Source: an uncultured Bacilli bacterium (GTDB lineage Bacteria > Bacillota_I > Bacilli_A > RF39 > UBA660). From it: a stretch of 64,000 bases of DNA. Positions 30,180 through 38,993 of this stretch are shown here, one piece after another; within the stretch, counting starts at the first letter, position 1, and each line of letters opens with the position of its first letter. The DNA lies in contig CALVXD010000001.1 of assembly GCA_944368815.1 (NCBI GenBank), forward strand, positions 13,093 to 77,092, written 5' to 3'. The notes under the pieces are model-generated. The model did no database searches. It was not told the origin of the DNA and worked only from the letters and a program-made list of their open reading frames with translations. Position numbers and translations under genes: made by a program.

Positions 30180-30941
30180 AAGTATTCAGAGCAAAAGTCA
30201 AAATAAATTTTGACTAACTTACCTCATGGTAAGTTTTTTCTACTTCTTAGGAATATACATTCCTCCATAGACCAGGATCGGATAGTGCTACCCTACTTAT
30301 ATTAAATCGTCAAAATTTATGGTGTCATTAGTTCTTTTTCGTAAGTTTTAATATATATATTTAATCCTTCTAACATAATATTTATTCACTTCTTTTTTGA
30401 TAACAGCACTTTTTATCGTCCCATTAAATGTATTTTTATTTCTATATCCTCTTATTGGTACTTCTTTTAGTTTCGGTAAAGTTATTGTTTTGTTTTTTAA
30501 ATCTAATTTTATACTATTATAATATTTACCTTTATAAGTACTCTTTATATTATTAGTTTTATAACTATTATGAATTCCCCTTATTTTAAATTTAGGATAT
30601 CCTCCTAAATTTTTATAATATCTTTTATAAGCATCTTCTAAATTAAATACACTATTTCTAAGAGCACAACTATCTGCTTCTTTTAAAAAAGTTTTTTCTT
30701 TTGAAAGTTCTGAAATTAACTTTATTCCACTATATGCATTACTAATTTTTTTATCTAAAAAATAGTTATAAATGAATCTACAACTATCTATTGTTTTATT
30801 TATTAATTTTTCTTTGCATTTATTTGGGTACATTCTAAATTTATAAGACTTATATATTTTCATGTTACAACCACCACCCGTAATTGCATTATAAAATATA
30901 AACATTTGTTTGTTAATATTTTTTTGTAAGCAAAAAAACAT
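30180..30941 (-). mobile_element. Decayed IS200/IS605-family element (tnpB-only remnant plus right-end relic)
   Basis: Truncated tnpB ORF plus perfect palindromes GTCAAAAT-AA-ATTTTGAC (30197-30214) and AACTTACC-TCAT-GGTAAGTT (30215-30234) and a GC-enriched patch (30240-30300). Confidence 0.45.
30348..30863 (-). pseudogene. tnpB: Truncated TnpB (IS605 OrfB) N-terminal fragment
   Basis: MKIYKSYKFRMYPNKCKEKLINKTIDSCRFIYNYFLDKK matches the conserved TnpB N-terminus (KAYKFRLYPT..Q...LN.TFG.CRFVYN). Only about 171 aa, versus about 400 aa for intact TnpB; ends before RuvC-I. Confidence 0.6.
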
Positions 30942-30989
30942 TTAATGTTTTCTATTTTTTTGTTATAATAAATTTGGAGGTTAGATAAT

Positions 30990-31352
30990 ATGGATTGCAT
31001 ATTTTGTAAAATTAACAAAGGAGATATTCCATCATATACAATATATGAAGATGATATAGTAAGAGTATTTTTAGATATAAACCCTAAACATAATGGTCAC
31101 ACTTTAATTATTCCTAAAAAACATTATAAGGATATTGAAGACATTGACATGGAAACATTATCACACATTATGGAAATTGCAAAAAAAATATACAAATTAT
31201 TAAACGATAAATTAAATCCTGATGGAATAGTTCTTACTCAAAACAATGGTATAGCTCAAGATGTAAAACACTATCATTTACATTTAGTACCCATTTATAA
31301 AAACGAAATAGTATTATCTGTTGAAGAAATATATAATAAACTAAAAAACTAA
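30990..31352 (+). CDS. HIT family (histidine triad) protein
   Basis: IFCKI...HTLIIPKKHY...VKHYHLHLVP, the HxHxHxx histidine triad. Confidence 0.85.
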   Translation: MDCIFCKINKGDIPSYTIYEDDIVRVFLDINPKHNGHTLIIPKKHYKDIEDIDMETLSHIMEIAKKIYKLLNDKLNPDGIVLTQNNGIAQDVKHYHLHLVPIYKNEIVLSVEEIYNKLKN

Positions 31353-31377
31353 AACTCGGTAATCCCGAGTTTTTATT
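31353..31377. terminator. Bidirectional terminator
   Basis: AAAACTCGG-taatc-CCGAGTTTT perfect hairpin with A/T runs on both sides, between convergent genes. Confidence 0.6.
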
Positions 31378-32050
31378 AATCACAACTTTTAATATCACTA
31401 ACTACTTTAATGGTTTCTTTATAATTTATTTGTGTAAAAGTATTATTTCCAATATATTTTATTTGAAAAATTCCGCTTACTATTTCACTATCATCAATAT
31501 TTTGTTCACATACATCTACAATACCTGTTTTTGTAATATAAGTGTTAGATGCACCTTGTGTATGTTTAGTTCCCTCAAATTCAATATTTCCATTTTTATC
31601 AACTTTAAAATTATCATCATAAAATGCAAATATGCGTCCTTTATTATCAGCGAAGTAATCAATAGTATATATAATATTTCCATCTAAATCATAAAAATCA
31701 AGCCATCTCGATAAACCATTTTGATTTAAAACAACAATAATATCATTAACAATTGAAACTTGAATATATTCCCAAATGTTTTCATTTGATGGAACAGAAA
31801 TAACATTATTATCATTTATCTTTATCCATTTATTGCTAACATTAAATTTATACAAATTATTATCTATATTAAATGCTTCTTCACAAACATCTTTACATTC
31901 TTTACTTATATTAAATGTTAAATTTTCAAAACTTCCTTCTTCATTATTATTGCTATAATCAGAACTTTTGTTATTAAAAATAAACATTGTTAGTATAAAA
32001 ATTGTAATTATAAATATAATATTTAAAATAATTAAAATTTTATTTTTCAA
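31376..32050 (-). CDS. Hypothetical secreted or membrane-anchored protein
   Basis: N-terminal TM/signal segment; 224 aa; no motif recognised. Confidence 0.4.
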   Translation of the reverse strand: MKNKILIILNIIFIITIFILTMFIFNNKSSDYSNNNEEGSFENLTFNISKECKDVCEEAFNIDNNLYKFNVSNKWIKINDNNVISVPSNENIWEYIQVSIVNDIIVVLNQNGLSRWLDFYDLDGNIIYTIDYFADNKGRIFAFYDDNFKVDKNGNIEFEGTKHTQGASNTYITKTGIVDVCEQNIDDSEIVSGIFQIKYIGNNTFTQINYKETIKVVSDIKSCD

Positions 32051-32104
32051 AACAAATCACCTTACATTGTAAGTGTAACACACCATTTAATTTTTTTCAA
32101 TACA

Positions 32105-32134
32105 AAATTAAAACCAGATATTTTACTATCTGGA
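32105..32134 (-). terminator. Rho-independent terminator after the prsA-like gene
   Basis: CCAGATA-N6-TATCTGG hairpin followed by a U-run on the minus strand. Confidence 0.5.
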
Positions 32135-32141
32135 ATAATTT

Positions 32142-33194
32142 TTATTTATAATCTTTTATAGATTTTTCATATTTTTCTTTCATTACAGTATCAGAAAATT
32201 CTAATCCTGCTTCTTCTCTCATTTTTATTAATGTTTTATTATATAAATTTTTATCACTAGCATCTAGTTCATCACATAATTCTTCAATAATTGAATCTCT
32301 TACATCATCCAAACTTGGTTTTTCTTTTTGATCTGTACGATAAATTACGTGATATCCATAACTTGTCTTAACAGGTTCCTTAGTATAACTATTTTCATCC
32401 AATTTTTCTAATGCTTCTAAGAAAGAAGATTCTAAATTAGCATTAAACGCTACATATTTTAAGTTTTCATAAGTTACTGAATCTTTATATTCTTCTTTAA
32501 CTTCATCAAAACTTTTTCCCTCATTTAATTTACCAATAATTTCTTCTGCTAATGCTTTTGCATCTTCATCGCTCATATCATCATTTACACTTACTAATAA
32601 ATGCTGAGTATTGATATCTCCATAAACTTCTTCATCATAATATTTTTGAATTTGTTCATCTGTAATTTGACTCTTTAAATACTCCTCATAATAAAGTTTT
32701 CTTCTATAATCTAACTTTAACATATCTAAGAATTGATCTTTACTATCAAATCCATTTTGAGCTAAAAAAGTAGCTTCATCCATTCCATAATATTGTTCAT
32801 ACATATCAAAATAACTTTGTGCAGTTTTTTCTACTTCTTCTTTCATTTCGTCATTTTCTTCGTATTTTTCATCTAAAATTGCTTTATCAATATACTCAAT
32901 CAAATAAGATATGTTGTAATCTTTCTTCATTTCTTCATATAAGAAATCTGCTGTTATTGTTTCTTCATTAACTTTTAAAATTGGTTGTGTTCCATCAGAA
33001 AGTGTAGCAATTCTATCTGGCCATATAATTACAGTTATTAAAGCTACTAAAAGAGCACCTCCTATAAAAGAGAAAATTAAATTTCTATTTTCATCTATTT
33101 TTTCTAATCCCTTTTTTAACTTATCATTATTTTTTTTGATTTTTTCTCCTTTTTTCTTCTTGTTATCAGAAACTTCATGTTTGTTCTTTTCCAT
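32142..33194 (-). CDS. prsA: PrsA-like foldase (PpiC-type peptidyl-prolyl isomerase), membrane anchored
   Basis: K-rich N-terminus with a TM helix; parvulin motif SYGYHVIYRTD near the C-terminus. Confidence 0.7.
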   Translation of the reverse strand: MEKNKHEVSDNKKKKGEKIKKNNDKLKKGLEKIDENRNLIFSFIGGALLVALITVIIWPDRIATLSDGTQPILKVNEETITADFLYEEMKKDYNISYLIEYIDKAILDEKYEENDEMKEEVEKTAQSYFDMYEQYYGMDEATFLAQNGFDSKDQFLDMLKLDYRRKLYYEEYLKSQITDEQIQKYYDEEVYGDINTQHLLVSVNDDMSDEDAKALAEEIIGKLNEGKSFDEVKEEYKDSVTYENLKYVAFNANLESSFLEALEKLDENSYTKEPVKTSYGYHVIYRTDQKEKPSLDDVRDSIIEELCDELDASDKNLYNKTLIKMREEAGLEFSDTVMKEKYEKSIKDYK

Positions 33195-33384
33195 TTTTCT
33201 AACATCCTTTCTTTAATACAATTATTATAATAACAAAAATAAAAAAAAAATACAACACTTTTGTTTAATATATTGTAAATTCCACAATTTCCCATATTTA
33301 TATTAATATATTTTGAAAATTATTCACACTTTTTGCAATTTTCCCATACAATAATGTGAAAAGACAAAAAAGGAGGAATGAATT

Positions 33385-33465
33385 ATGGGAAATCACGGAT
33401 CATCAGCAGCTATTGTTTTAGTTCTATTTATTTTATTAATAATTGTCCTTGGAGCATGGATATAA
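33385..33465 (+). CDS. YjcZ-like small hydrophobic peptide (26 aa), absent from the ORF track
   Basis: Strong RBS AAAGGAGGAATGAATT-ATG; MGNHGSSAAIVLVLFILLIIVLGAWI resembles sporulation protein YjcZ family cores (G-rich N-terminus plus FALIVVLFILLIIVG). Confidence 0.45.
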   Translation: MGNHGSSAAIVLVLFILLIIVLGAWI

Positions 33466-33492
33466 TCCCAATTAGAATAGGAGGTGTTTAAT

Positions 33493-33606
33493 ATGTCTAA
33501 TAATTGTTCAACTAATTCTTGTGGTTGCAATAGTGGAAATGGATTCTTAATCATAATTGTATTATACATTTTACTTGCAATCATCTTAGGTTCTTGCTTA
33601 TTTTAA
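33493..33606 (+). CDS. Second small Cys/Asn-rich hydrophobic peptide (37 aa), paralogous in architecture
   Basis: RBS AGGAGGTG 8 nt upstream; MSNNCSTNSCGCNSGNGFLIIIVLYILLAIILGSCLF; followed by a perfect hairpin terminator. Confidence 0.4.
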   Translation: MSNNCSTNSCGCNSGNGFLIIIVLYILLAIILGSCLF

Positions 33607-33845
33607 AAACTATCTATAAGATAGTTTTTCAGGCCGTTGACAAAGTCGATTTTTCAAATCGGCTTTGTCAATCGGCTTTTTATATTCCCCACTTTAATAT
33701 AAAAAAAGAACAATTTTAGGAAATTATCATCTAAAATTATTTGATTTTTAAAGTTTTACTCCCACTTTTGAAAATTCAATTTTTAGATTTTTTCAAAAAA
33801 GGTAGTTTGTCAACAGTCTGAAAAACTATCTATAAGATAGTTTTT
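33605..33845. repeat. About 240-bp element bounded by 41-bp imperfect terminal inverted repeats, each embedding a 25-bp palindromic terminator
   Basis: Left end aaaaactatctataagatagtttttcagGCCgttgacaaaG; reverse complement of right end aaaaactatcttatagatagtttttcagACTgttgacaaaC. Internal 16-bp stem (TTGACAAAGTCGATTT/AAATCGGCTTTGTCAA, one G-U) at 33637-33671. Confidence 0.45.
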
Positions 33846-33846
33846 T

Positions 33847-34470
33847 TCATTTTACTTTATTTAGTAGTTTTGTTAAATCATATAATTTACTAAGTTTACT
33901 ATTCCATTTATTATTTATTTCACTTAATAATATTTCTTTTATATTATTTTTATCCTCTTCTTTTTCAAAATAATCATAATAAATATATTTAAGTGTCAAT
34001 TCATCATCTAAGGAACTTATATAGTCTTTTATAAACTTTTGTTTTTCTTTTACAATTCTACTAATATTATCACTTTTTTGTTTTTCATTTTTAATAAATT
34101 CTATTTTTACCTCTTTTATATTTTCACTTTCATCAATTACTTCCTCTTCTTCATCAAATAACATACTACTTCTTTTTATTAAATATCCATTATTATTAAA
34201 CATTACCCCAAATGCTGACATCCCATTTGTTACTAAACATATTATATTTCCTTCTATTTTTTCGTTGTATAATGAAAAATTCTTTTTTAAGGAATCAATA
34301 GTTTCCATAGATACTTGTACTTTATTATTTCTAAGAGATACATATGTATTTTCATCTACTTTTAAGACTGGTATTTTTCTTACATTAATTACATTATCAT
34401 TGTTTTTCCACTCGTAAAAATCATAAAATTCTTCATTAAAATTTAAAATAATATCATAAATATAATTCAT
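33847..34470 (-). CDS. Hypothetical protein
   Basis: 207-aa ORF; no recognisable motif. Confidence 0.4.
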   Translation of the reverse strand: MNYIYDIILNFNEEFYDFYEWKNNDNVINVRKIPVLKVDENTYVSLRNNKVQVSMETIDSLKKNFSLYNEKIEGNIICLVTNGMSAFGVMFNNNGYLIKRSSMLFDEEEEVIDESENIKEVKIEFIKNEKQKSDNISRIVKEKQKFIKDYISSLDDELTLKYIYYDYFEKEEDKNNIKEILLSEINNKWNSKLSKLYDLTKLLNKVK

Positions 34471-34675
34471 ATTTTCTATCTCCTTTATTTATTAATGTTA
34501 ACACTATAATTATTATACCTATTATAACTAAATATAATAAATTACTCTTAATTATAAAGTTTACATATTCATAAAAATTATACCCAATTGTAAGTAAATT
34601 TAAATATAAAATTATATTAGAAACACCAATAACAACAAACCAGAATCCTATTAAAAACAAAAAAATATGTGCCAT
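34454..34675 (-). CDS. Small membrane protein
   Basis: 73 aa with two TM helices; slight overlap with the downstream gene. Confidence 0.3.
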   Translation of the reverse strand: MAHIFLFLIGFWFVVIGVSNIILYLNLLTIGYNFYEYVNFIIKSNLLYLVIIGIIIIVLTLINKGDRKYELYL

Positions 34676-34724
34676 ACTATACCTCTACTAAATATTATGT
34701 AAATAGGTATAATATAGCACATAT

Positions 34725-35792
34725 TTATTCTATATAGTCTTTATCTTTTATATCAACACTACTAATTGATTCAAATCTTTTAGATATTTTATCAGTAGTT
34801 ATATGAATATTTTCTACATCTTTATTAACTGTTTCTATACTTCTAGATAATTTATCCCATCTTTCTTTATATCTTGAGAATTCTAATCCAAGTTTATTTA
34901 ATTCTTCGTGAATAATTGATGTATATTTATCTCTTTCCATATTTTTAAGAAGTACTTGAATTACAGTTAATGTTGACATTAAAGTAGTGGGAGAAGTAAT
35001 CCATACTCTTTTTTTATTTGCGTAACTGGTTATATCCATATGATATGCATTTATTTCTGCAAAGATTGCTTCTGCTGGTAAAAACATAATTGCTTGGTTA
35101 CTAGTAACTCCTGGAATTATATATTTCATACTAATGGCATCTATATGTTTTTTAACATCAGCTTTAAATTGTTTTTCATAATTTGCTCTTTCTACCGGAG
35201 ATATATTTTTATCAACCATTCTTTGATATGCTTCTAAAGGAAACTTGGAATCTATTGCTATTGTTCCTAAAGGTTCTGGAGCAAATAATACTGCGTCTGC
35301 AATATATTTATTAGGAAAAGTATATTGAAGCTGATATATTCTATCATTTTTTTCTCCAAATATATTAGATAATATATGTTTTAGATTAACTTCTCCAAAA
35401 ATACCTCTACTCTTTTTATCAGTTAAAACACTTTGTAAAGATACTATATCTCCTGATAAAGTTTCTATTTTCTTTTGAGCTTCATCTATCTTTGATAGTC
35501 TTTCCAATACTGACGTAAATGTTTTATTAGTCTTAGTAAAGTTTTCATCTAATCTTTCATTTACCTTATCATTTATCATGGTTAATTTATTTTCTATTTT
35601 TTCATTTAATTTTTCAAAATCATTATTCATATTTTGCATCAAAGACATTCTAAATTCTGATAATTCTTTTATTGTAGTAGTTTCTAACTTACCTAATCTT
35701 TCAGTAATGTTAGATTCATTTACATTTTTTATTATTGATATTATTACTAAAACTATAATTATAACTATTCCAATTATTATTATATAATCCAT
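34725..35792 (-). CDS. rmuC: DNA recombination protein RmuC
   Basis: N-terminal TM, long coiled coil, and the RmuC C-terminal region (KRVWITSPTTLMSTLTVIQVLLKNMERDK). Confidence 0.8.
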   Translation of the reverse strand: MDYIIIIGIVIIIVLVIISIIKNVNESNITERLGKLETTTIKELSEFRMSLMQNMNNDFEKLNEKIENKLTMINDKVNERLDENFTKTNKTFTSVLERLSKIDEAQKKIETLSGDIVSLQSVLTDKKSRGIFGEVNLKHILSNIFGEKNDRIYQLQYTFPNKYIADAVLFAPEPLGTIAIDSKFPLEAYQRMVDKNISPVERANYEKQFKADVKKHIDAISMKYIIPGVTSNQAIMFLPAEAIFAEINAYHMDITSYANKKRVWITSPTTLMSTLTVIQVLLKNMERDKYTSIIHEELNKLGLEFSRYKERWDKLSRSIETVNKDVENIHITTDKISKRFESISSVDIKDKDYIE

Positions 35793-35877
35793 AAATTCAC
35801 TTCCTATTTCTTATGTAATTATATAATATTTAAAGTATTTTAGTCAATAGAAAAGAATAATTTTACAAACATTTGTT

Positions 35878-36156
35878 TTATTTGTTGTATCCTTCATATC
35901 CACCGATTATATTTTTCGTTTTATATCCAAAAGAGTTTAATCTTTTACTTATTTCCGCACTTTGTTTTCCATAATCACAATATAAGTAATAAGTATTATT
36001 TTTATTTAAATAATGTGAAAAATTACTTAACAAATTATAGTATGGTATATTTATTGAGTTTGGTATATGTCCTAAACAATATGAATAATTATCGCGAATG
36101 TCTACTATTACTGGATTATTTAATTTTAATACTTCTTCAAAAGTAACTCCTTCCAT
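35878..36156 (-). CDS. Rhodanese-like domain protein
   Basis: Single rhodanese fold with active-site loop CDYGKQS (Cys in the CxxGxxS position). Confidence 0.7.
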   Translation of the reverse strand: MEGVTFEEVLKLNNPVIVDIRDNYSYCLGHIPNSINIPYYNLLSNFSHYLNKNNTYYLYCDYGKQSAEISKRLNSFGYKTKNIIGGYEGYNK

Positions 36157-36252
36157 ATAATCACCTCATTATATTTTATAAATATACTAATATAATGAAA
36201 GTGCAATAAACTAAGTTAACAAAAAAATAACAAATATTAAATACTTGTTATT

Positions 36253-36576
36253 TTATCTTCTATAAAAACCACGACTAGTATATCCTGCTTCACTTATTAA
36301 ATATTCAGCATCACCTTGAATACAAGTTAAGATTCTTTTTTTGTCCCAAACTTTTTCCTTTGGAAGATTAACAATTCCATTATCATATATATTTTCTAAT
36401 GGAACTTCAAGTTCTTTCAAAGAAACAATTATAAATTTTTTCATTTGTTCTGTTTCTTCTTCTCTTACAAAGAAATCAAATCCTAAATAATTAGGGCCAC
36501 CACAACGAATGTCAACAGGATCATTTGGTACACAATTCACACATATCTTGGTACATTTAATTAAATCTTCTGACAT
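36253..36576 (-). CDS. Hypothetical Cys-containing protein
   Basis: 107-aa ORF with CxxC (CVNC) and other Cys residues; no family assigned. Confidence 0.35.
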   Translation of the reverse strand: MSEDLIKCTKICVNCVPNDPVDIRCGGPNYLGFDFFVREEETEQMKKFIIVSLKELEVPLENIYDNGIVNLPKEKVWDKKRILTCIQGDAEYLISEAGYTSRGFYRR

Positions 36577-36663
36577 AACAAAACCTCCTTGGCATATATT
36601 ATATAAGTAATTGTTAAAAATGTAAATAAAAAATCCAAAATTATTAAAACTTTGGACTTTTTA

Positions 36664-36879
36664 TTATTTTGTATATGGTATAAATGCCATAAATCTTGCT
36701 AATTTAACTTGTTTAGCAACTTCTCTTTGGTGCTTAGCACAAGTTCCAGTAAATCTTCTAGGTAAAATTTTACCATTATCATTTATATATTTACTAATAA
36801 TAGCAACATCTTTATAGTTTACTGGTTTCCCAGCACACATATGACATATTTTTTTTCTTTTTTTACGAAATTCTGCCAT
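36664..36879 (-). CDS. rpsR: 30S ribosomal protein S18
   Basis: RFTGTCAKHQREVAKQVKLARFMAFIPY, the conserved S18 core; last gene of the rpsF-ssb-rpsR operon. Confidence 0.92.
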   Translation of the reverse strand: MAEFRKKRKKICHMCAGKPVNYKDVAIISKYINDNGKILPRRFTGTCAKHQREVAKQVKLARFMAFIPYTK

Positions 36880-36894
36880 TTTTATTTCCTCCTT

Positions 36895-37371
36895 TTAGAA
36901 AGGTAAATCATTATCACTTATTTGAATAGAGTCTCCAAAGCTTTCAAATGGATCTTTATCTACTTCAACAGTTTCCATAGCAGGGCCACTAGGTTCACTA
37001 CTTACATTATCAAATGGACTAGTATTTGGTGTGTAGTCTTGACTATGTGTTGAAGATTTAGAATCTAAGAATTGAACACTTTGTGCTATTACTTCAGTTA
37101 CATATACTTTTTTACCTTCTGTATTATCATAACTTCTTGTTTGGATTCTTCCTTCTACTGAAACTTGGCTTCCTTTATGTACATATTTAGCCACATTTTC
37201 AGCACTTTTATCCCAAACAACTACATTTATAAAGTCAGCTTCTCTTTGACCATCTTGACTAGAAAATGGTCTATTTATAGCTACTGTTATTTGACATACT
37301 GCTCTTCCTGTCGTTGTATGTCTAAGTTCTGGGTCTCTTGTTAATCTTCCTACTAACATTGCTTTATTCAT
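36895..37371 (-). CDS. ssb: Single-stranded DNA-binding protein (canonical, with acidic tail)
   Basis: OB fold MNKAMLVGRLTRDPELR; C-terminal DNDLPF tip. Confidence 0.92.
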   Translation of the reverse strand: MNKAMLVGRLTRDPELRHTTTGRAVCQITVAINRPFSSQDGQREADFINVVVWDKSAENVAKYVHKGSQVSVEGRIQTRSYDNTEGKKVYVTEVIAQSVQFLDSKSSTHSQDYTPNTSPFDNVSSEPSGPAMETVEVDKDPFESFGDSIQISDNDLPF

Positions 37372-37382
37372 TATTACAACTC

Positions 37383-37673
37383 CTATTTATCAAGATTAAG
37401 AATTAAATGTCTAATAACATTTTCATCAATTCTAGCAATACGATCAAATTCTTTTACAGAAGCATCATCACTAGTTTCAATGTTGTATAAGTAGTAGAAT
37501 CCAGATTTACATTTTTTAATTTCATAAGCTAATTCTTTTTGTCCTAATTCTTTAGATAAAGTGATTGTAGCTTTGTTTCCTGTTAATGCTTTTTCAAGTC
37601 CTTGTACAGTTTCTTTTCTAGCATTTTCGTCAACGTCTGGTCTTACTATGAACATAATTTCATATTTATTCAT
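37383..37673 (-). CDS. rpsF: 30S ribosomal protein S6
   Basis: MNKYEIMFIVRPD, the typical S6 N-terminus. Confidence 0.92.
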   Translation of the reverse strand: MNKYEIMFIVRPDVDENARKETVQGLEKALTGNKATITLSKELGQKELAYEIKKCKSGFYYLYNIETSDDASVKEFDRIARIDENVIRHLILNLDK

Positions 37674-37679
37674 ATTTAC

Positions 37680-37762
37680 ACCTCCTTTTGGTCTACGGCC
37701 TTATTCAGGCAAGGAGCTTTCGCTCTACGTGATATTATAGCAAAAAAAGAGTTTAATGTAAA
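37680..37762 (-). promoter_or_regulatory. rpsF operon promoter (TTTACA-17-TATAAT) and structured GC-rich leader
   Basis: Minus-strand TTTACA (37757-37762) and TATAAT (37734-37739); the leader GCGAAAGCUCCUUGCCUGAAUAAGGCCGUAGACCAAAAGGAGG resembles the S6:S18 autoregulatory leader. Confidence 0.5.
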
Positions 37763-37769
37763 GAAAAAT

Positions 37770-38870
37770 CTAAACATTAAATCTAAAATGACATATATCC
37801 CCGTCTTGCATTACATAATCTTTTCCTTCAAGACGCATTTTACCACTTTCTCTAACCTTCAATTCACTTCCACATTCCACTAAATCATCATAACTCATAA
37901 CTTCTGCTCTTATGAATCCTTTTTCGAAATCAGAGTGAATTATACCAGCACATGCAGGAGCTTTCATTCCTTTTTTAAATGTCCATGCTTTTACTTCATC
38001 GGCTCCTACTGTAAAATATGTTGCAAGCCCTAATAATATATATGTTTTTTTAATTAATTGATCTAATCCACTTTCTTTTATACCTAATTCTTCTAGGAAA
38101 ATAGTTCTCTCATCGTCAGCAAGTTCAGCAAGTTCACTTTCAATCTTTGCACATATCATAACAACTTCACTTTTTTCTTTATTAGCGTATTCTCGAACCA
38201 TATCTACATATTTATTACCACCATTATGTAAATCTAATTCACTTACATTAGTTACATATATAATAGGCTTAGCTGTAATTAAATTAAATGATGATATCAT
38301 TTTTAATTCTTCTTCATCAAAATCTAACTTTCTAGCAGGTATATTTTTCTCTAAACTATCTTTTATTCTTTCCATTAATTCTAATTCTTTTAAATCATCT
38401 TTATTTTTAGTAGTTTTGGCTTTCTTCTCTATTTTAGCTATTCTACCCGCTACTATTTCCAAGTCAGACATAATAAGTTCTATATTTATAACTTCAATAT
38501 CTCTAATTGGATCAACATTCCCGTCTACGTGAATTACATTTTCATCATCAAAACATCTTACTACTTCTACGATAGCATCTACTTCTCTTATATGTGACAA
38601 AAATTTATTACCAAGTCCTTCACCAGTAGAGGCTCCTTTAACAAGTCCTGCTATATCTGTAAATTCATAAGTAGTAGGTATTACTCTTTCTGGATTATAC
38701 ATTTTCTCTAGTTCATTTATTCTCTTATCAGGTACTAATACCATTCCTACATTAGGATCAATTGTTGCAAATGGATAATTAGCCGCTAATATTTTTTGTT
38801 TTGTAATTGCATTAAATAAAGTAGATTTTCCTACATTAGGAAGTCCTACAATTCCTGCTGTTAAACTCAT
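37770..38870 (-). CDS. ychF: Ribosome-binding ATPase YchF
   Basis: [19 protein letters not shown]1 motif; TGS C-terminal domain; sits upstream of rpsF as in B. subtilis (yyaF). Confidence 0.9.
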   Translation of the reverse strand: MSLTAGIVGLPNVGKSTLFNAITKQKILAANYPFATIDPNVGMVLVPDKRINELEKMYNPERVIPTTYEFTDIAGLVKGASTGEGLGNKFLSHIREVDAIVEVVRCFDDENVIHVDGNVDPIRDIEVINIELIMSDLEIVAGRIAKIEKKAKTTKNKDDLKELELMERIKDSLEKNIPARKLDFDEEELKMISSFNLITAKPIIYVTNVSELDLHNGGNKYVDMVREYANKEKSEVVMICAKIESELAELADDERTIFLEELGIKESGLDQLIKKTYILLGLATYFTVGADEVKAWTFKKGMKAPACAGIIHSDFEKGFIRAEVMSYDDLVECGSELKVRESGKMRLEGKDYVMQDGDICHFRFNV

Positions 38871-38993
38871 AATATTCCTTCTTTCATATTAAATATTATA
38901 TATAAATTTTATATTAAAGTAAAGAAAAATAGTAGTAAATAGACACCTATAACCACTATTCATTCTTATATATTATATAAATTATATATAATC

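Noticed and set aside
30236-30300. GC-rich patch (GGGUAGCACUAUCCGAUCCUGG...) considered as a tRNA or riboswitch.
   Set aside because: No T-loop (GTTCRANYC) or D-loop features and no cloverleaf. Context next to a truncated tnpB favours an IS relic.
33393-33584. 63-aa minus-strand ORF from the ORF track.
   Set aside because: It lacks an RBS and overlaps two plus-strand mini-ORFs that have strong GGAGG sites and a terminator. It is likely spurious.
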